This document shows, in pieces, positions 44,826 to 57,600 of a stretch of DNA of 64,000 nucleotides. The notes beneath the pieces were generated by a model. It was not told the DNA's origin, searched no databases, and saw nothing but the letters and a program-made list of their open reading frames with translations. Origin of the DNA: Anthoceros angustus (taxonomy: Eukaryota; Plantae; Anthocerotophyta); the NCBI GenBank assembly GCA_010909165.1, contig MU008160.1, positions 1,116,001-1,180,000 on the forward strand, written 5' to 3'. Made by a program: the position numbers and the translations under genes. Position 1 is the stretch's first letter. Every line of letters starts with the position of its first letter.

Positions 44826-47569
44826 TCTTCCGGTCCTCCGATGTCAGACAAACCCTAGCAACCGCCCATTGGCTCTCTTCATCCGTTAAGCGCCTTTCCA
44901 TCATGACCCGAGTGTTGGCACCTCAAACTCGACCGGCATAACGGGTGAGTGCCCATAGGTCGATAATACGGAGTTCGTTGCGTGGTTACCTTCTCCGCCG
45001 CCCATGGCGCGATGGCGCTTTGTATCCCCGTGCGCATAGTTAACCGTCACCTTATTGAGGATGCGGCGGATAAGTCCATTGGTCTTCCAACCGCTGGCCT
45101 TTGGATTGTAGGGGCCGTTACGATGTGTGATGCGAAATAGTCCGTCATTGCGTTATCACATCATTGAGGAAATGGGTTCCCCTATCGCTACCACCGCAAC
45201 GACACCCATACCTTGTGATGATGTTTTCAGAGGAATTTGGCCACCGTGCTCGCAGAGTCCGCTCGTAGCGACCGCTTCAACCCACCGTGAGTCCGCCACC
45301 AAGATGTACCGCTGTGCCTGGTCACTATCGATAGGTCCAACGATGCCCCATTTCTCAAAAGGCGCTAGTGCTAGTATGGGCACTAACGGCCATTGAGTTG
45401 TGGCGTCGGCTTCCCGATCCACGACAAGCATCACACTTCTTCACAATTGGTGTGTTTCCCCATACATGGTGGGCCACCAAGACTCAGCCTCCAAGATTTT
45501 CTTGGTGGTGACTCACGCATAATGTCCACCACCTAGTCCTTCGTGCATCCCCTTTATTACCACCTCCGCTCACTGCTGAGGTACCTTCGCTCCACACCGT
45601 CCGTCCTACCTTAAAGATGCACCGTATATAAAGGGCGAGCGTAGTGCACAAAGGCTCACCAACCCGGTTCTGGTAGCTCCATCTCCCATAGGTACTGCTC
45701 CAACTCAAGAGGGCCGCCCGGCCCGCCTCCCTTCTCCGCTTCGTGGGTCCGCTCCCACCGCCGGGTTGTCCTACTGTGCTCCTCTACCTCCTCCTCTATC
45801 GCCGCCACCAATTCCTCATCCGGAAGGCCCTCTTGATCCTGCAGGAGGCTCCGCTTTTAACTGGACAAGAAGTCGGCGTTTTGGTGTTGCCGCCCTTGCC
45901 TAGTCTCCACCTCAAATGTGAACTCCCAGCAACAATCCACCTCGCACCGTCCGGACAAGTCCGCCTTGTTCACCAAATGCTTGAGCCAAGTGATCAACAT
46001 AGAACACAAACTCATTGGGCGTAAGGTCTGAATTTCTTAACGGCGATACCATACCCAATGCCTCTCGCCCGTAGTAGTGTACCTCCCGCGTGCGTGAGCC
46101 GCCTTCCGCGTAGTAGATTGGGTGATCCTCCGCTTATCATCTTTTGATCGAGCACCCCGGCGGCGGCCGACACATCCACGTACATGGAATCGCTTCCCCG
46201 GGCCCCGGTCCTTTGAGTCTGGGCACACTAGTGGTCAGAGGTCTCGAATGCCGCCCTTTCGGCCCGTGTCCATTCCTCCTCCTTCCCGAGTAGCTCTAGG
46301 AGGCCCGCTTTGCAAAATCTTGTAAACGCCTATAGTAACCACCATGCCGAATCCGTAACTCCTTCAAGTTCGTTGGTGCAGGGATGGATGACTTTCACCT
46401 TGTCTTGGTCCACCTCTATCCCTCTTACCGACACCTGCCCCAACAAGATTCCTCTCATGCAAGTAGCATTTCTCGATGCACGCTGAGTCTACATCGCTCC
46501 AAACACTTCCAAATGTCCCACGTGTTTGTCCTCCTCTCCGTGCATGAAGTCATCCAAGAACACCTCCATGAAGTCCTCAGAATTTTAAGACATTGGTCAC
46601 CATCCGCATAAATGATCCGGGTGCTCTGTCATCCCAAGGCACTCCGTTTGTAGGCAAGCGTCCCCACTCCGTGGTGAATGTTGTCTTATCCCATCCGACT
46701 CCCTTAGGTGTAATGGTTGTAGCCGAGTAGCCCAAGAAGGAGTAGGTACTCCGCCACCTTGTCCAAGATGTCGTCCACAAAGGGCATGGGAAATGGTCCT
46801 TCCCGGGCGGCTCAGCTTTTCCACCCGAACAATCGCCGCTTCTTCGCACGACCACAATGGGCGCCACCCACTCACCGCTTACGATTGGGAAGATGATGTC
46901 GCTTCGGATACTTATCCGGGACTTCCTTGACCTTGGCGAGTGCTTGGGATTGATTTATCTTGCCTAATCCGAACAGCACCGCCTCGCTTCAGATCTATCC
47001 GGTGTTACTTTGTTTGAATGCCTTCATATCCGTGACCTTGAAAGCAAACACCACCGAATTCCCCAACAAGCTGTGAGGTCTCGTTTTAACCCTCGGCATG
47101 CCCTTGCGAATTTGAGGAATTCCGGGCGAACCTCCACGTCTTCCACATCCGGGTTGACTGCCTCCTTTCTCCCGCACGCCGGCCGTCCTCCATCCGGGTT
47201 CATCTTCACGCATTCCCCACTCCGAAAGAGCTCGTCAAGTGAAACACTTTCGCCTACTTCCCCGCCCCTCCGCTGGACCTCCTCTTGATTGCCTTCCCGG
47301 CTCTTGGTCCGCGAGTCCACCCTAAAACAATCGATGACCTCCTCGCCCACCTCCGCTCCAAAGGCGTCCCTCCGAATCCATCTCCTCCTCGACCACGTGA
47401 TTTTGGGAAAGGGTAGTCCTCATTCGTATCCTCGCTCATCGTCCCCACTCTTCTGGAGGTGTACCCTACGGTCTTCTCCACTGACGTGTCCTTACTCCAG
47501 GTAATCGCTACCCGTCCTTCCCTCACCTTCGGATCCCAGTCCACTGGCTTGAAGTGTATTTCCTTCCGT

Positions 47570-49040
47570 CCGAAGTGTAGTTTTGTCTGAGCGAGGCCCA
47601 GCCAAGGCCGCCCTAACAGGACCTCATACCCCAGAGGTCCGGCGGGTCTGATGACGACAAAATCTAATGTATAGGGGGCTCCCGCTATGGTGGCTTGGAC
47701 TCCGGACAACTCTGGCCGCTGACATGTCCGCCATCCCGAGGGTTTTGGTGGATGGCTCAAGGTGGTGAACCCACTGCCTTGCGGTGGCCTCGGTGATGAG
47801 GTTCACTCGACCCGTGTCTAGAGGCACGTTTTAATTACACACCCCGCAATTTCCACCGCACCATCGGCGTGGTCCATGAGATACACCTTACCTCGCGCCT
47901 TCCCTTAAGGAGTTCCGCGTGGTTGCGTTCCCGATGGCCTTCCGGACTTCGCCGATACTCGGGTTGTCCTTTAACAACCGCCTAAGGGACACCAAGTGTT
48001 GTTGGTCCATCATCAAGTCGGCCACCTTGAAAGGGCGGGTGGTTCTCTGCCACGCTCGCCTTGTCTCCTCCGGTTCCTCCGTGGTGGTGGCGGACTACTG
48101 GGTCCCGTCGGAGTTCTTCTTGAAGCATCTCGGTCACTTCGAACCACATCCGGAAACGCTGTTGCCGTGGGTGAGTCCGCTCCCGAGACTCTGGCTGGGG
48201 GTTCTTCTCTGGCGGGGCCGGTTTAACTCGCCTCTTTGGCGGGTTCGGCTTCCTTGGGTGTTCCGTCCTCCGTATCCGTGGACTATCCTCATTTTTCTTC
48301 CTCTTAAACTGCCTCTCCTTCCGTCCAAGTGTAGTTTTGTCCGAGCGAGGCCCAAAGGCCGCTAGCAGGACCTCATACCCAGTCGGGTCGATGACAAAAT
48401 CTAATGTATAGGGGCTCCCTATGGTGGCTTGGACTCGGACAACTCCCCTGGCTCGCATCGCCATCCACGAGGGTTTTGGTGGATGGCTCGAAGGTGGTGA
48501 ACCCCGTCTTGCGGTGGCCTCGGTGATGAGGTTCACTCGACCCGTGTCTAGAGGCACGTTTTAATTACACCGCAATTTCCACACCGGCCCCGGTCCGTAT
48601 GAGATCGACCCTTACTCCACGTTCTTGCCCTTGGACCAAGGGTTTCGTGGTTGCGTTTCCTGATGGCCTTCGGACTTCACAGCCGATGCCGGGTTGTCCT
48701 TTAACAAGCGCCTAAGGGACACCAAGTGTTGTTGGTCCATCATCAAGTCGGCCACCTTGAAAGGGCGGGTGGTTCTCTGCGTCGCGTTCGCCTTGTCTCC
48801 TCCGTTTGTTCTGTGTGGTGGCGGACTACGGTCTCGGAGTTCTTCTTGAAGCATCTCGGTCACTTCGAACCACATCCGGTGGAAGCTGCGGCGTTGCCGT
48901 GGGTGAGTCTTCTCGGAGACTCCGGTGGCTTTGGATTTCTTCTCTGGCGGGCGGCGGTTAACTCGTCCTCTTTGGCGGGTTCGGCTTCCTTCAGCGGTGT
49001 TCCGTCCTCCGTATCCGTGGGACTATCCTCATTTTCTTCC
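47570..49040. repeat. Degenerate internal tandem duplication, about 720 bp, covering the protease
   Basis: ggtgatgaggttcactcgacccgtgtctagaggcacg at about 47790 and 48520. The following blocks also recur. Confidence 0.8.
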
Positions 49041-50625
49041 TCTTACTGTCTCCGTTCCTTCGCTCCTTTCGGCGACTCGGGTTGACACTTCCAAGACCTG
49101 TGTCCTTCTTCTCCTTGGCGAACTTGCCCGTACCACCTCGTTCGAGCTCCTCGGTGCCTCCTCCCACTCCGCCTGTGCGTCTTCAAGCAGCGCGCCTTAG
49201 GAGGGGGCGGTGGTCTTGGCTCCCCCGGGTTGCGTGGCGTGCCCCTCGAGCGAGGATTCGACGGACCGCCGGCATGTGCCCCGCCTGCCACAATCTCCAC
49301 ACGTTCAAAGTCTCCACCTTGTCCGTGGGGTAGGGACAGGCGTTGGAGTAGTGTCCGGGTTCCCAGCCCACCACCACCGCCCGAGAATTCTGGAGGGGCT
49401 CCCATGCGGTGCACGGAGGTCGATGCAGACGGACCACCGTGGGGTACATCGTCACAGGATCTCGTGGTCCGGTTGTGCTTCTTGCACTTGGTATGCATCC
49501 TCCCACTGTTCCTCGGACTCTTCCCGTAGTCGTACTCCACCGGTTCACGGGTCCGGAGGCGGCCTTGAATGCCCATGTTGGTGACACACCGCACACCATG
49601 ATGAGTACGGACTGGTGGCCGCCTTACGCTCTTTATCCTTCACCGGTTGATCGTCAACTCCTCCACCCTCTTCATTACCCGTTCTAGATCTTCCCTCACC
49701 CCGCTACTTCCTTCAAAGGAGCGGGTGGGACCTCTCGTGCGCGGCATCATGACCTCCTTCTTTTCCACCTCCGCCGACTACGGGCTTCTTCTTCTTTATT
49801 TTTCTTCTTCTTCTTCCATGGCCTCCTCGGATTCTTCTTCGAGTCCTCTTCCTCTTCCTCCGACGCTGCCCTCATCCTCCTCTCGTCCGAGGGTTCTTCA
49901 TCTTGAGTCCGACCCCGCTTCTTTTTCTTCTTCCTCCTGGAGGAGTCCTCGGCCGTCGTTGGTGCATCGATTCTTCATAGTTCTCCGCACCGCCTTGCTC
50001 ACATCTTTCTCGCCAAGCAAGACGTGCTTAGCCATTGGCTTGGATAAGCCGCGAACCAACGCATCACCGCATGGTAGTGTGAGTGGGTGCCGGTCAGCGC
50101 GTAGAACCGCTCGATGTACGATCCCAACTTCTCCGCCTTTCCTCGCCTTCTCGAGTTTGGACAAGACATAGCCTTCTTGATCGATTCCGGAATCTTTCTA
50201 AGAAGGCATCCTTCAATGCTCAAGGTTGCGGGGTGCGTCGAGGCGGGTGATTTCCTCCGATACCACCGAGCACTGCATTCAGGACCCTTGGAACAATGAA
50301 TGAGTCATCCGAACCTTCTCCGTTGAAGTTTGCCCGAGACACAAAATCCTCCACGGTTTGCCTCTCTCCTTCTTACCTCCAAAGAGAGAATACGCTTGCT
50401 TGGTCGACGTTGTCGCCATCGCCGATTGGTAAGGGATGAGGAACCGCCTACCACCGACTTGCGCCGCTCCCTCCTCGATCCGACAACCCACCACACTTAC
50501 CGCTGGTGTCCGCCGAGCTCGTGCCTCTCACGCTCGGGCCGGAGCGCTCACAACGTCCGACTCTCGAACTCTTCCTTAACTACCTCACGCCCTCCACGCA
50601 TCCATCACGCTACAACGATTTCATT

Positions 50626-50639
50626 CCCGAACGGCGCCA
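50626..50639 (-). promoter_or_regulatory. Primer-binding site, tRNA-Asp-like
   Basis: Minus strand reads ...GCCACA TTT TGGCGCCGTTCGGG, close to the Athila-type TGGCGCCGTTGCCGGGG. Variants occur at about 52040 and 53570. Confidence 0.65.
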
Positions 50640-50642
50640 AAA

Positions 50643-53600
50643 TGTGGCGCGACTTTCGTGATGGCCGGTAGCGCACAATCCGTGTCGTTGTAGGAAGAAG
50701 TCCGCTCAAGGGAATGATAGGCTGGCTTTGTGATTCCACTCACTTAGCGCCTGCTCATTTCAACACACACATACTCCTAACTACTCAACGTTCACCGACA
50801 GCCGGTATGGCCAAACGCTTAGGACCGTCACGTCGATCGCTCACATCCGTCCCTCACACATCCACTTTCCTCTCTCCTCACGCTACACTCCTCGCCTTAG
50901 ACACATGGGCCCGACCTCCTCCGCTGCTCCGGCCTCCGTCCGGCTCAGACGCCTCCCGAGTTCCTCCGGCCACACGCTCGGCCTGCCGGCCCGGCCCCGA
51001 CGAGCACGTCACCACTTCCCCGCACACACCACAACACGTTAGGTCCGTCACGGGACCGATCAATCTCCCGAGTCGTGCCTCGCCGTGACTCAGACTCACG
51101 TTAGCAAGAAGACACACAAAGGTCCGCAAGAACGCGCATCAACACCAAGAGAAAGATGATTTATTGCGGCCTTAGCCCTCTTATACTACGCCTCGGGTCG
51201 CTTTATTACACCTCTATTCGAAATGAGGGCCACTGTGGTACCCTAACCACCGCCTACTCCCCTATTCCCTATCGCCGCTTGGGGCCGGATGGCCTCATTC
51301 CTTCTTGGCACCGGTGGCCCAAAGCCGAGCTCGCCGCGACCCAATCGGATGATCCGCGAGGGACCCTTCCTCTTCCCGAGGGTCTGCTGCCGCGCCACCG
51401 CGGCCCGACAACGGCGGCCACCACCAAGTCCTCCTCGTCCTCCCTCTTCTCTCTCCGGGCCCTCGCGCAGGGGCCTCCAAGGGCTGGATCTGGGGTCTGG
51501 CTCTCCCCACTCCCGAGTTTGGACCTCGGGACTGTCGACCGAGTCCGGACCTCTAGGTCCGGCCTCCTCCGTCCTCTCCCTGCCGAGTCCGGCCTCCGGA
51601 TCGGGTCCGGCCTGACCCAACCCTTCTCGGGTCCGGACCTCGGGGCCGGACTGTCAGAGTCTGGATCCCTAAGTCCAGACTTCCTTGGGCGGACCTCGGG
51701 TCCGGCCTTTCTGAGTCCGGACAAAGTCCGACCTCGTGCTCCCGGCATGCCTCCTCGCCGGCTACGGGTTCATCCAGAGCCTCCCTTGGTTCCCGAATGC
51801 CCGCTTTCTTCCCCTTCAAGATCCTCCTCGTCCTTCCATGCGAGGGTGCCGAGCTTACCTCGGTGTGGCGCCTTCCTCCTCCTCTCGATCCGACAACCCA
51901 CCACACACTGCTATCGGTGTCCGCCTCCTCGCCTCCTCACGCTCGCGCTCGAGCGCCCAGCCACAACAACTCTCGAACTCTTCCTTAACTACCTCACGCC
52001 CTCCTCCACGCATCCATCACGGGCTAACGATTTCATTCCCGACAGCGCCAAAATGTGGCGCGACTTTCGATGGCCAGCCGGGCGCGCACAATCCTGGTCG
52101 TTGTAGGAAGAAGTCCGCTCCCAAGGGAATGATAGCCACTGCTTCGTGATTCCTCACTTAGCGCCTGCTCCCTCAACACACATACTCCTAACTACTCACA
52201 ACGTCACATGACAGCCCGGTATGGCCAAACGCTTAGGGACCTGTCACGTCGTGATTGCTCACATCCGCCACTCACATCCGTCCTTTCCTCTCCCTCACGC
52301 TACACTCCTCGCCTTAGAAAAGACGCTGGCCCGACCTCCTCCGCTGCTCCGGCCTCTCCGTCCGGCTCAGACGCCTCCCGAGTTCCTCCGGCCACACGCC
52401 AGCTCTGCCGGGCCGGCCCGACGAGCACGGTCACCGTCACCCTTCCCCGCACACACCACAACACGTTAGGTCCGTCACGGGACCGATCAATCTCCCGAGC
52501 CGTGCCGCCTGACTCAGACTCACGTTAGCAAGAAGACACACAAAGGTCCGCAAGAACGCGCATCAACACCAAGAGAAAGATGATTTATCTGTATGCCTTA
52601 GCCCTCTTATACTACGCCAAGGCGCCTTTATTACACCTCTATTCGAAATGAGGCCACCTGTGGTACCCTAACCACCGCCTACTACCCCGCTTATTCCACC
52701 TATCGCTGGTGGGGCGGGCCCCCTCATTCCTTCTTGGCACCGGCCCAAAGCCGAGCTCCGCTGGCCAAGACCTAATCGGATGATCCGCGAGGGACCCTTC
52801 CTCTTCCCGAGGGTCTGTCACGCCACCGGCGGCCCGACAACGCGGCCACCACCAAGTCCTCCTCGCCCTCCCTCTTCTCTCTCCGGGCCTCGAAGGGCCT
52901 CCAAGGGTTGGATCTGGTGACCGTGGCTCTCCCCACTCCCGAGTTTGGACCTGGACTCCTGCTCGACCGAGTCCGGACCTCTAGGTCCGGCCTCCTCCGG
53001 GTCCGGCCTCGCCCTTTCCGAGTCCCCCACCGGATCGGCCTGGGTCCGGCCTGACCCAACCTTCCTCGGGTCCGGACCTCGGGTCCGGACCTCGGGTCCG
53101 GACCTCTAGGTCCGGCCTTCCTCCTCCGGGTCCGGACCTCTAGGTCCGGCCTTTCTGAGTCCGGACAAAGTCCGACCTCGTGCCCCTGGGCATGCCTCCT
53201 CGGCTAGCCACGGGTTCATCCACCGAGCCTCCCTTGGTTCCCGAATGCCCGGTTGCACCTTTCCCCTTCAAGATCCTCCTCGTCCTTCCATGCGAGGGTG
53301 CCGAGGCTTACCTCGGTGTGGCGCCTTCCTCCTCCTCGTCCTCCCTCTTCTCTCTCCGGGCCTCTCCGCGCCCCCCCTAGGACTCATGGCCAGCCCCCGG
53401 TCCGCCTCCTCTCGATCCGACAACCCACCACACTTACCGCTGGTCGGTGTCTCGCCGAGCTCGTGCCTCACGCTGCTCCGAGCGCGCACAACGTCCGACT
53501 CTCTCGAACTCTTCCTTAACTACCTCACGCCCTCCACGCATCCACGCTACTAACGAACGATTCTCGAACGCGCCAAAATGTGGCGCGACTACCGATGGCC

Positions 53601-54688
53601 ACCACAAGACAATCCTGTCGTTGTAGGAAGAAGTCCGCTCCCAAGGGAATGATAGGCTCCGCTGCGTGATTCCTACCGCCCTTAGCGCCTGCTCACCTCA
53701 ACACACACATACTCCTAACTACTCACAACGCTCACCGACAGTCTAGATGGCTAAACGCTTAAGGACCCCAGATCGCTCACATCCGCCTCACACATCCACC
53801 TTTTCCTCTCCTCCTCACGCTACACTCCTCGCCTTAGAAAAGACGCCGTTACATGCCCGACCTCCTCCGCTCCGGGCCTCTCCGTCCGGCTCAGACGCCT
53901 CCCGAGTTCCTCCGGCCACACGCTCCGTTCGGTGCCGGGCCTCGGACGAGCACGGGTCACCCACCCTTCCCCGCACACACCACAACACGTTAGGTCCGTC
54001 ACGGGACCGATCAATCTCCCGAGTCGCGGCTCGCCCGCTGACTCAGACTCACGTTAGCAAGAAGACACACAAAGGTCCGCAAGAACGCGCATCAACACCA
54101 AGAGAAAGATGATTTATCTGAGGCGCCTTAGCCCTCTTATACTACAAGGTCGGCGCCTTTATTACACCTCTATTCGAAATGAGGGCCATGGTACCCTAAC
54201 CACCGCCTACCACCGCCTTATTCCACCTATCGCTTTGGTACTGGATGGCCTCATTCCTTCTTGGCACCGCGGCCCAAAGCCGATCCTCCGCAGCACCTAA
54301 TCGGATGATCCGCGAGGGACCCTTCCTCTTCCCGAGGGTCTGCCGCGCACGGCGGCGGCTCGACAACGCGGCCACCACCAAGTCCTCCTCCCTCTTCTCT
54401 CTCCGGGCCCTGGGCCTCCAAGGGCTGGATCCGGGTTGGTGTGATGGCTCTCCCCACTCCCGAGTTTGGACCTCGGGACTGTCGACCGAGTCCGGACTAG
54501 GTCCGGCCTTCCTCCGGGTCCGGCCTCCGTCCGGCTCAGACGCCTCCCGAGTTCCTCCGGCCCTGGGACCGGATCGCCTGGGTCCGGCCTGACCCAACCT
54601 CGGGTCCGGACCTCGGGTCCGGACTTACCAGAGTCCTGATCCCTAAGTCCAGATTTTCCGGGGCCGGACTGTCCGCCGAGTCCGGACA
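50643..54688 (-). repeat. Three head-to-tail LTR copies separated by 0.3-0.4 kb mini internal regions
   Basis: TGTGGCGCGAC starts at 50643, 52054 and 53579 (periods 1411 and 1525). Each spacer consists of extra-ORF end, 5'UTR piece and PBS. Confidence 0.8.
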
Positions 54689-57600
54689 AAGTCCGACCTC
54701 GTGCTCCCGGGCATGCCTCGGCTAGCCACGGGTTCATCCACCGAGCCTCCCTTGGTTCCCGAATGCCCGCCTTTCCTTCAAGATCCTCCTCGTCCTTCCA
54801 TGCGAGGGTGCCGAGGCTTACCTCCTGTGGCGCCTTCCTCCTCCTCCCTCCTCGCCTCCTTCGCCGCCGCTGCTGCCAAAATGGCCCTAGGACTCCTGCA
54901 TGGCCAGTTGCCCCGGGTCCGCCTCCTCGCCTCCTCCTTCCATCCTTCCGAAGTCCACCTCCCGCCTAGGGTGGCGCAGGACCTCCAGAGCCTTGAGGAG
55001 CTCAAGGTGGTAGTAGTAAGTCGGAATCGACTTGTCAATCGCCTCCTCCACATGAGCCCGAGCACCCAGACTCCTCCTCCAAAGGTGCTCCAGAATCGAG
55101 TGATCGCCCACGGCCTGCCTCCGTGGCCAAGCTACTGTGGCGGGCGGACTCCCTTGAGGCCGTCAGGCCTCGTTACCTCTTGCAACCTTCGCTGCGGCGT
55201 TCTCCTCCTCCCGTTGTTGCTTCAGCCTCGCCATATGGCCATGGAGCCGAGCTTCCGCTTCCCCGCAACCGGACGAGCAGCTGTACCTTTCCTCCGGCTC
55301 TTCCTCCCTTCTTCTATTCTTTCCGGAGGTCCTCCACTTCCTTCTCCAGCGGGCGTCCGTCGACTCTCGGCTTCCGCCACGCCCGCTGCAACTGACGCCG
55401 AACTCCTTGCACCGCCTGTTCTCCTCCGTCTTCAAGCGAGCTGAGGCGCCACCTCGTCAAGTCTTGGATTCTCTGAGAACCCCTGCTGCTCGATGCATCT
55501 TGGAGTTGCAACTCCAAGGTGTCCTTGTTGTCCTCCCCTCCGCCTCCGCCTCTTCTACCTCCTGCACTGCACCGAGGTCCCCAATCTCCCGGGTCCGGCC
55601 TCCGCCTCCTCGCTCACCGGCTTGCTCCGCTGGCCACTTGCTCGGCCTTGATTGGCGGCTCTCTCGGCCGCCTCTCCACCGGCCCGATCACGCGATAGTG
55701 ATCGCGATCGGCCGTGGCCTCCGCCTCCTTGGCCACCTTCACCGAGCCTCTCCGCCTCCTCCGCCTCCTTGGCCCTTTTGGCGCGAGCTCCTTCTCGCCT
55801 CCTCGCCTCCTCCGGCCCTTCGCTCGCCCGCCTGCAGAGGTCCTCCGCCTGGGCCTCCTCTTGGCCTCGCTTCACTGCCTCCACTGAAGGAATTTGGTCC
55901 GGCCCCTGCGGATGGACCAGACCTCCTCTCCGCCTCCCGGCGCTTCCTTCCTCAATCCGCCGAGCTTGGCCTTCCTCCTGGCTCCTCCAACCGCCTCCGG
56001 AGGAGCACCATGCGCCCGGTGGCTTCCACCTCCGGCCTTCTCGGCCATCCCGCAGACCAGCATACCGCCCATGACGGTAGCTGTGACCCGCCGTGTTTCC
56101 TCCACGTCACTGAGGCTCCCACAAAGTCCGGGAGCGATCTCACGTCCGCAAGGACCTCCATACCGCAGAAAGTCCGGACCGGGTTCTCCGGACCCAATCA
56201 GACCCTTAGGTCCCGAGGCCGAGCTCCGAGCTTCCCCTCCTTGGCCCTTTTGGCGCGAGCTCCTTCTCCGCCTTTTCTCCTGGCCGGAGGTGATGGAGTC
56301 CGGAGCACGCCTTTTGCCCCTTCCTGCCGACAGACTGGCTGATGCGTCCGCTGTGTCCTCGCCTCCTTGGCCTTCCTTCTCGCCTCTCGCTCGAAGTCTT
56401 GGATTCTCGTTGAGAACCCCTGCTCCGTCGTCTTGGGTTGCAACTCCAAGGTGTCCTTGTTGTCCTCCGCTCACGCCTCGCCCTTCTACCTCCTGCATGC
56501 ACCACAGGGTCCCCAATCTCCCGGGTCTTGGCCTCGCCTCCTCCGGCTCGGCGTGCTTGCTCCATGACCACTTGCTCGGCCTTGATTGGCGGCTCTCTCG
56601 GCCGCCTCTCTCCACCGGTTCCGATCACGATAGTGATCGCGATCGGCCTGGCCTCCGCCTCCTTGGCCACCTTCACGAGCCTCTCGGCTTGGCTGGTCGT
56701 CAGTGCCTCGCGAGATCCGCCCGTTCTTGCGCCCGTCCTCTTCTGCTGCGCTCGCCCCTCTGCTGCGGAGGTCCTCCGCCGCTTGGCCTCCTTCTCGCCC
56801 TTTTCCTCCGGTGAAGGAATTTAGTCGGTCCTTGCGGATGGACCAAACCTCCCTCTCCGCCTCGGCGTTTTCCTTCCTCAATCCGCCGAGCTTGGCCTTC
56901 TCGCCTCACAGGCTCCCTCCAGCTCACGGAGGAGCACCATGCCTCGGGTGGCTTCCACCTCCACAGGCCTTCTCGGCCATCCCTTGAGACCCCAGCATCC
57001 CGTCCAGTGGCAGGACCGTGTTTCCTCCCACGGCTAGTGAGGCTCCCACAAAGTCCGTTCGGGGCGGCATCTCCGCAGTCAGGACCTCCCTTGATCGGAG
57101 CAAGTCGGGGGTTCTCCGGACAATCGGGACCCTTAGGTCACGAGTCTTGGCTCGAGCTTCCCCTCCTTGGCCCTTTTGGCGCGAGCTCCTTCTCCGCCTT
57201 TTCTCCCGGGCTGCGGAGGTGATGGAGTCCGGAGCACGCCTTTTGCCCCTTCCTGCCGACAGACTGGCTGATGCGTCCGCTGTGTCCTCGCCTCCTTGGC
57301 CTTCCTTCTCGCCTCTGGGCTCCCTCCAGCTCTGGAGGAGCACCATGCGCCTCGGGTGGCTTCCACCTCCACAGGCCTTCTCGGCCATCCAGAGACCCCA
57401 GGCATGTCCATGGCGGTAGCAGGACCCCGTGTTTCCTCCACGGCTGGCAGTGAGGCTCCCACAAAGTCCGTGGCGGGGCGGCATCTGGTCATCGAGGACC
57501 TCCATACGCAGATCGGAGCAAGTCGGGGGGTTCTCGGACAATCGGGACCCTTAGGTCACGAGTCTGGCTCGGGCTTCCCCTCCTTGGCCCAGCGCGAGCT

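Larger units (their letters stand above)
39550..51723 (-). mobile_element. Near full-length Athila/Tat-type Ty3/gypsy element (LTR-PBS-gag-pol-extra ORF-LTR), heavily frameshifted
   Basis: Gag with zinc-knuckle-like motifs (49200-50220). Protease VPLDTG-VNLITEAT (47820, repeated at 48545). RT pieces KDHFP, DKTTFTTEWG and FMEVFLDDF (46400-46900). Integrase WPLVPILALAPFEKWGIVGP (45150-45450). About 1.1-kb terminal repeats start at 39550 and 50643. The LTR right edges are tentative. Confidence 0.85.
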
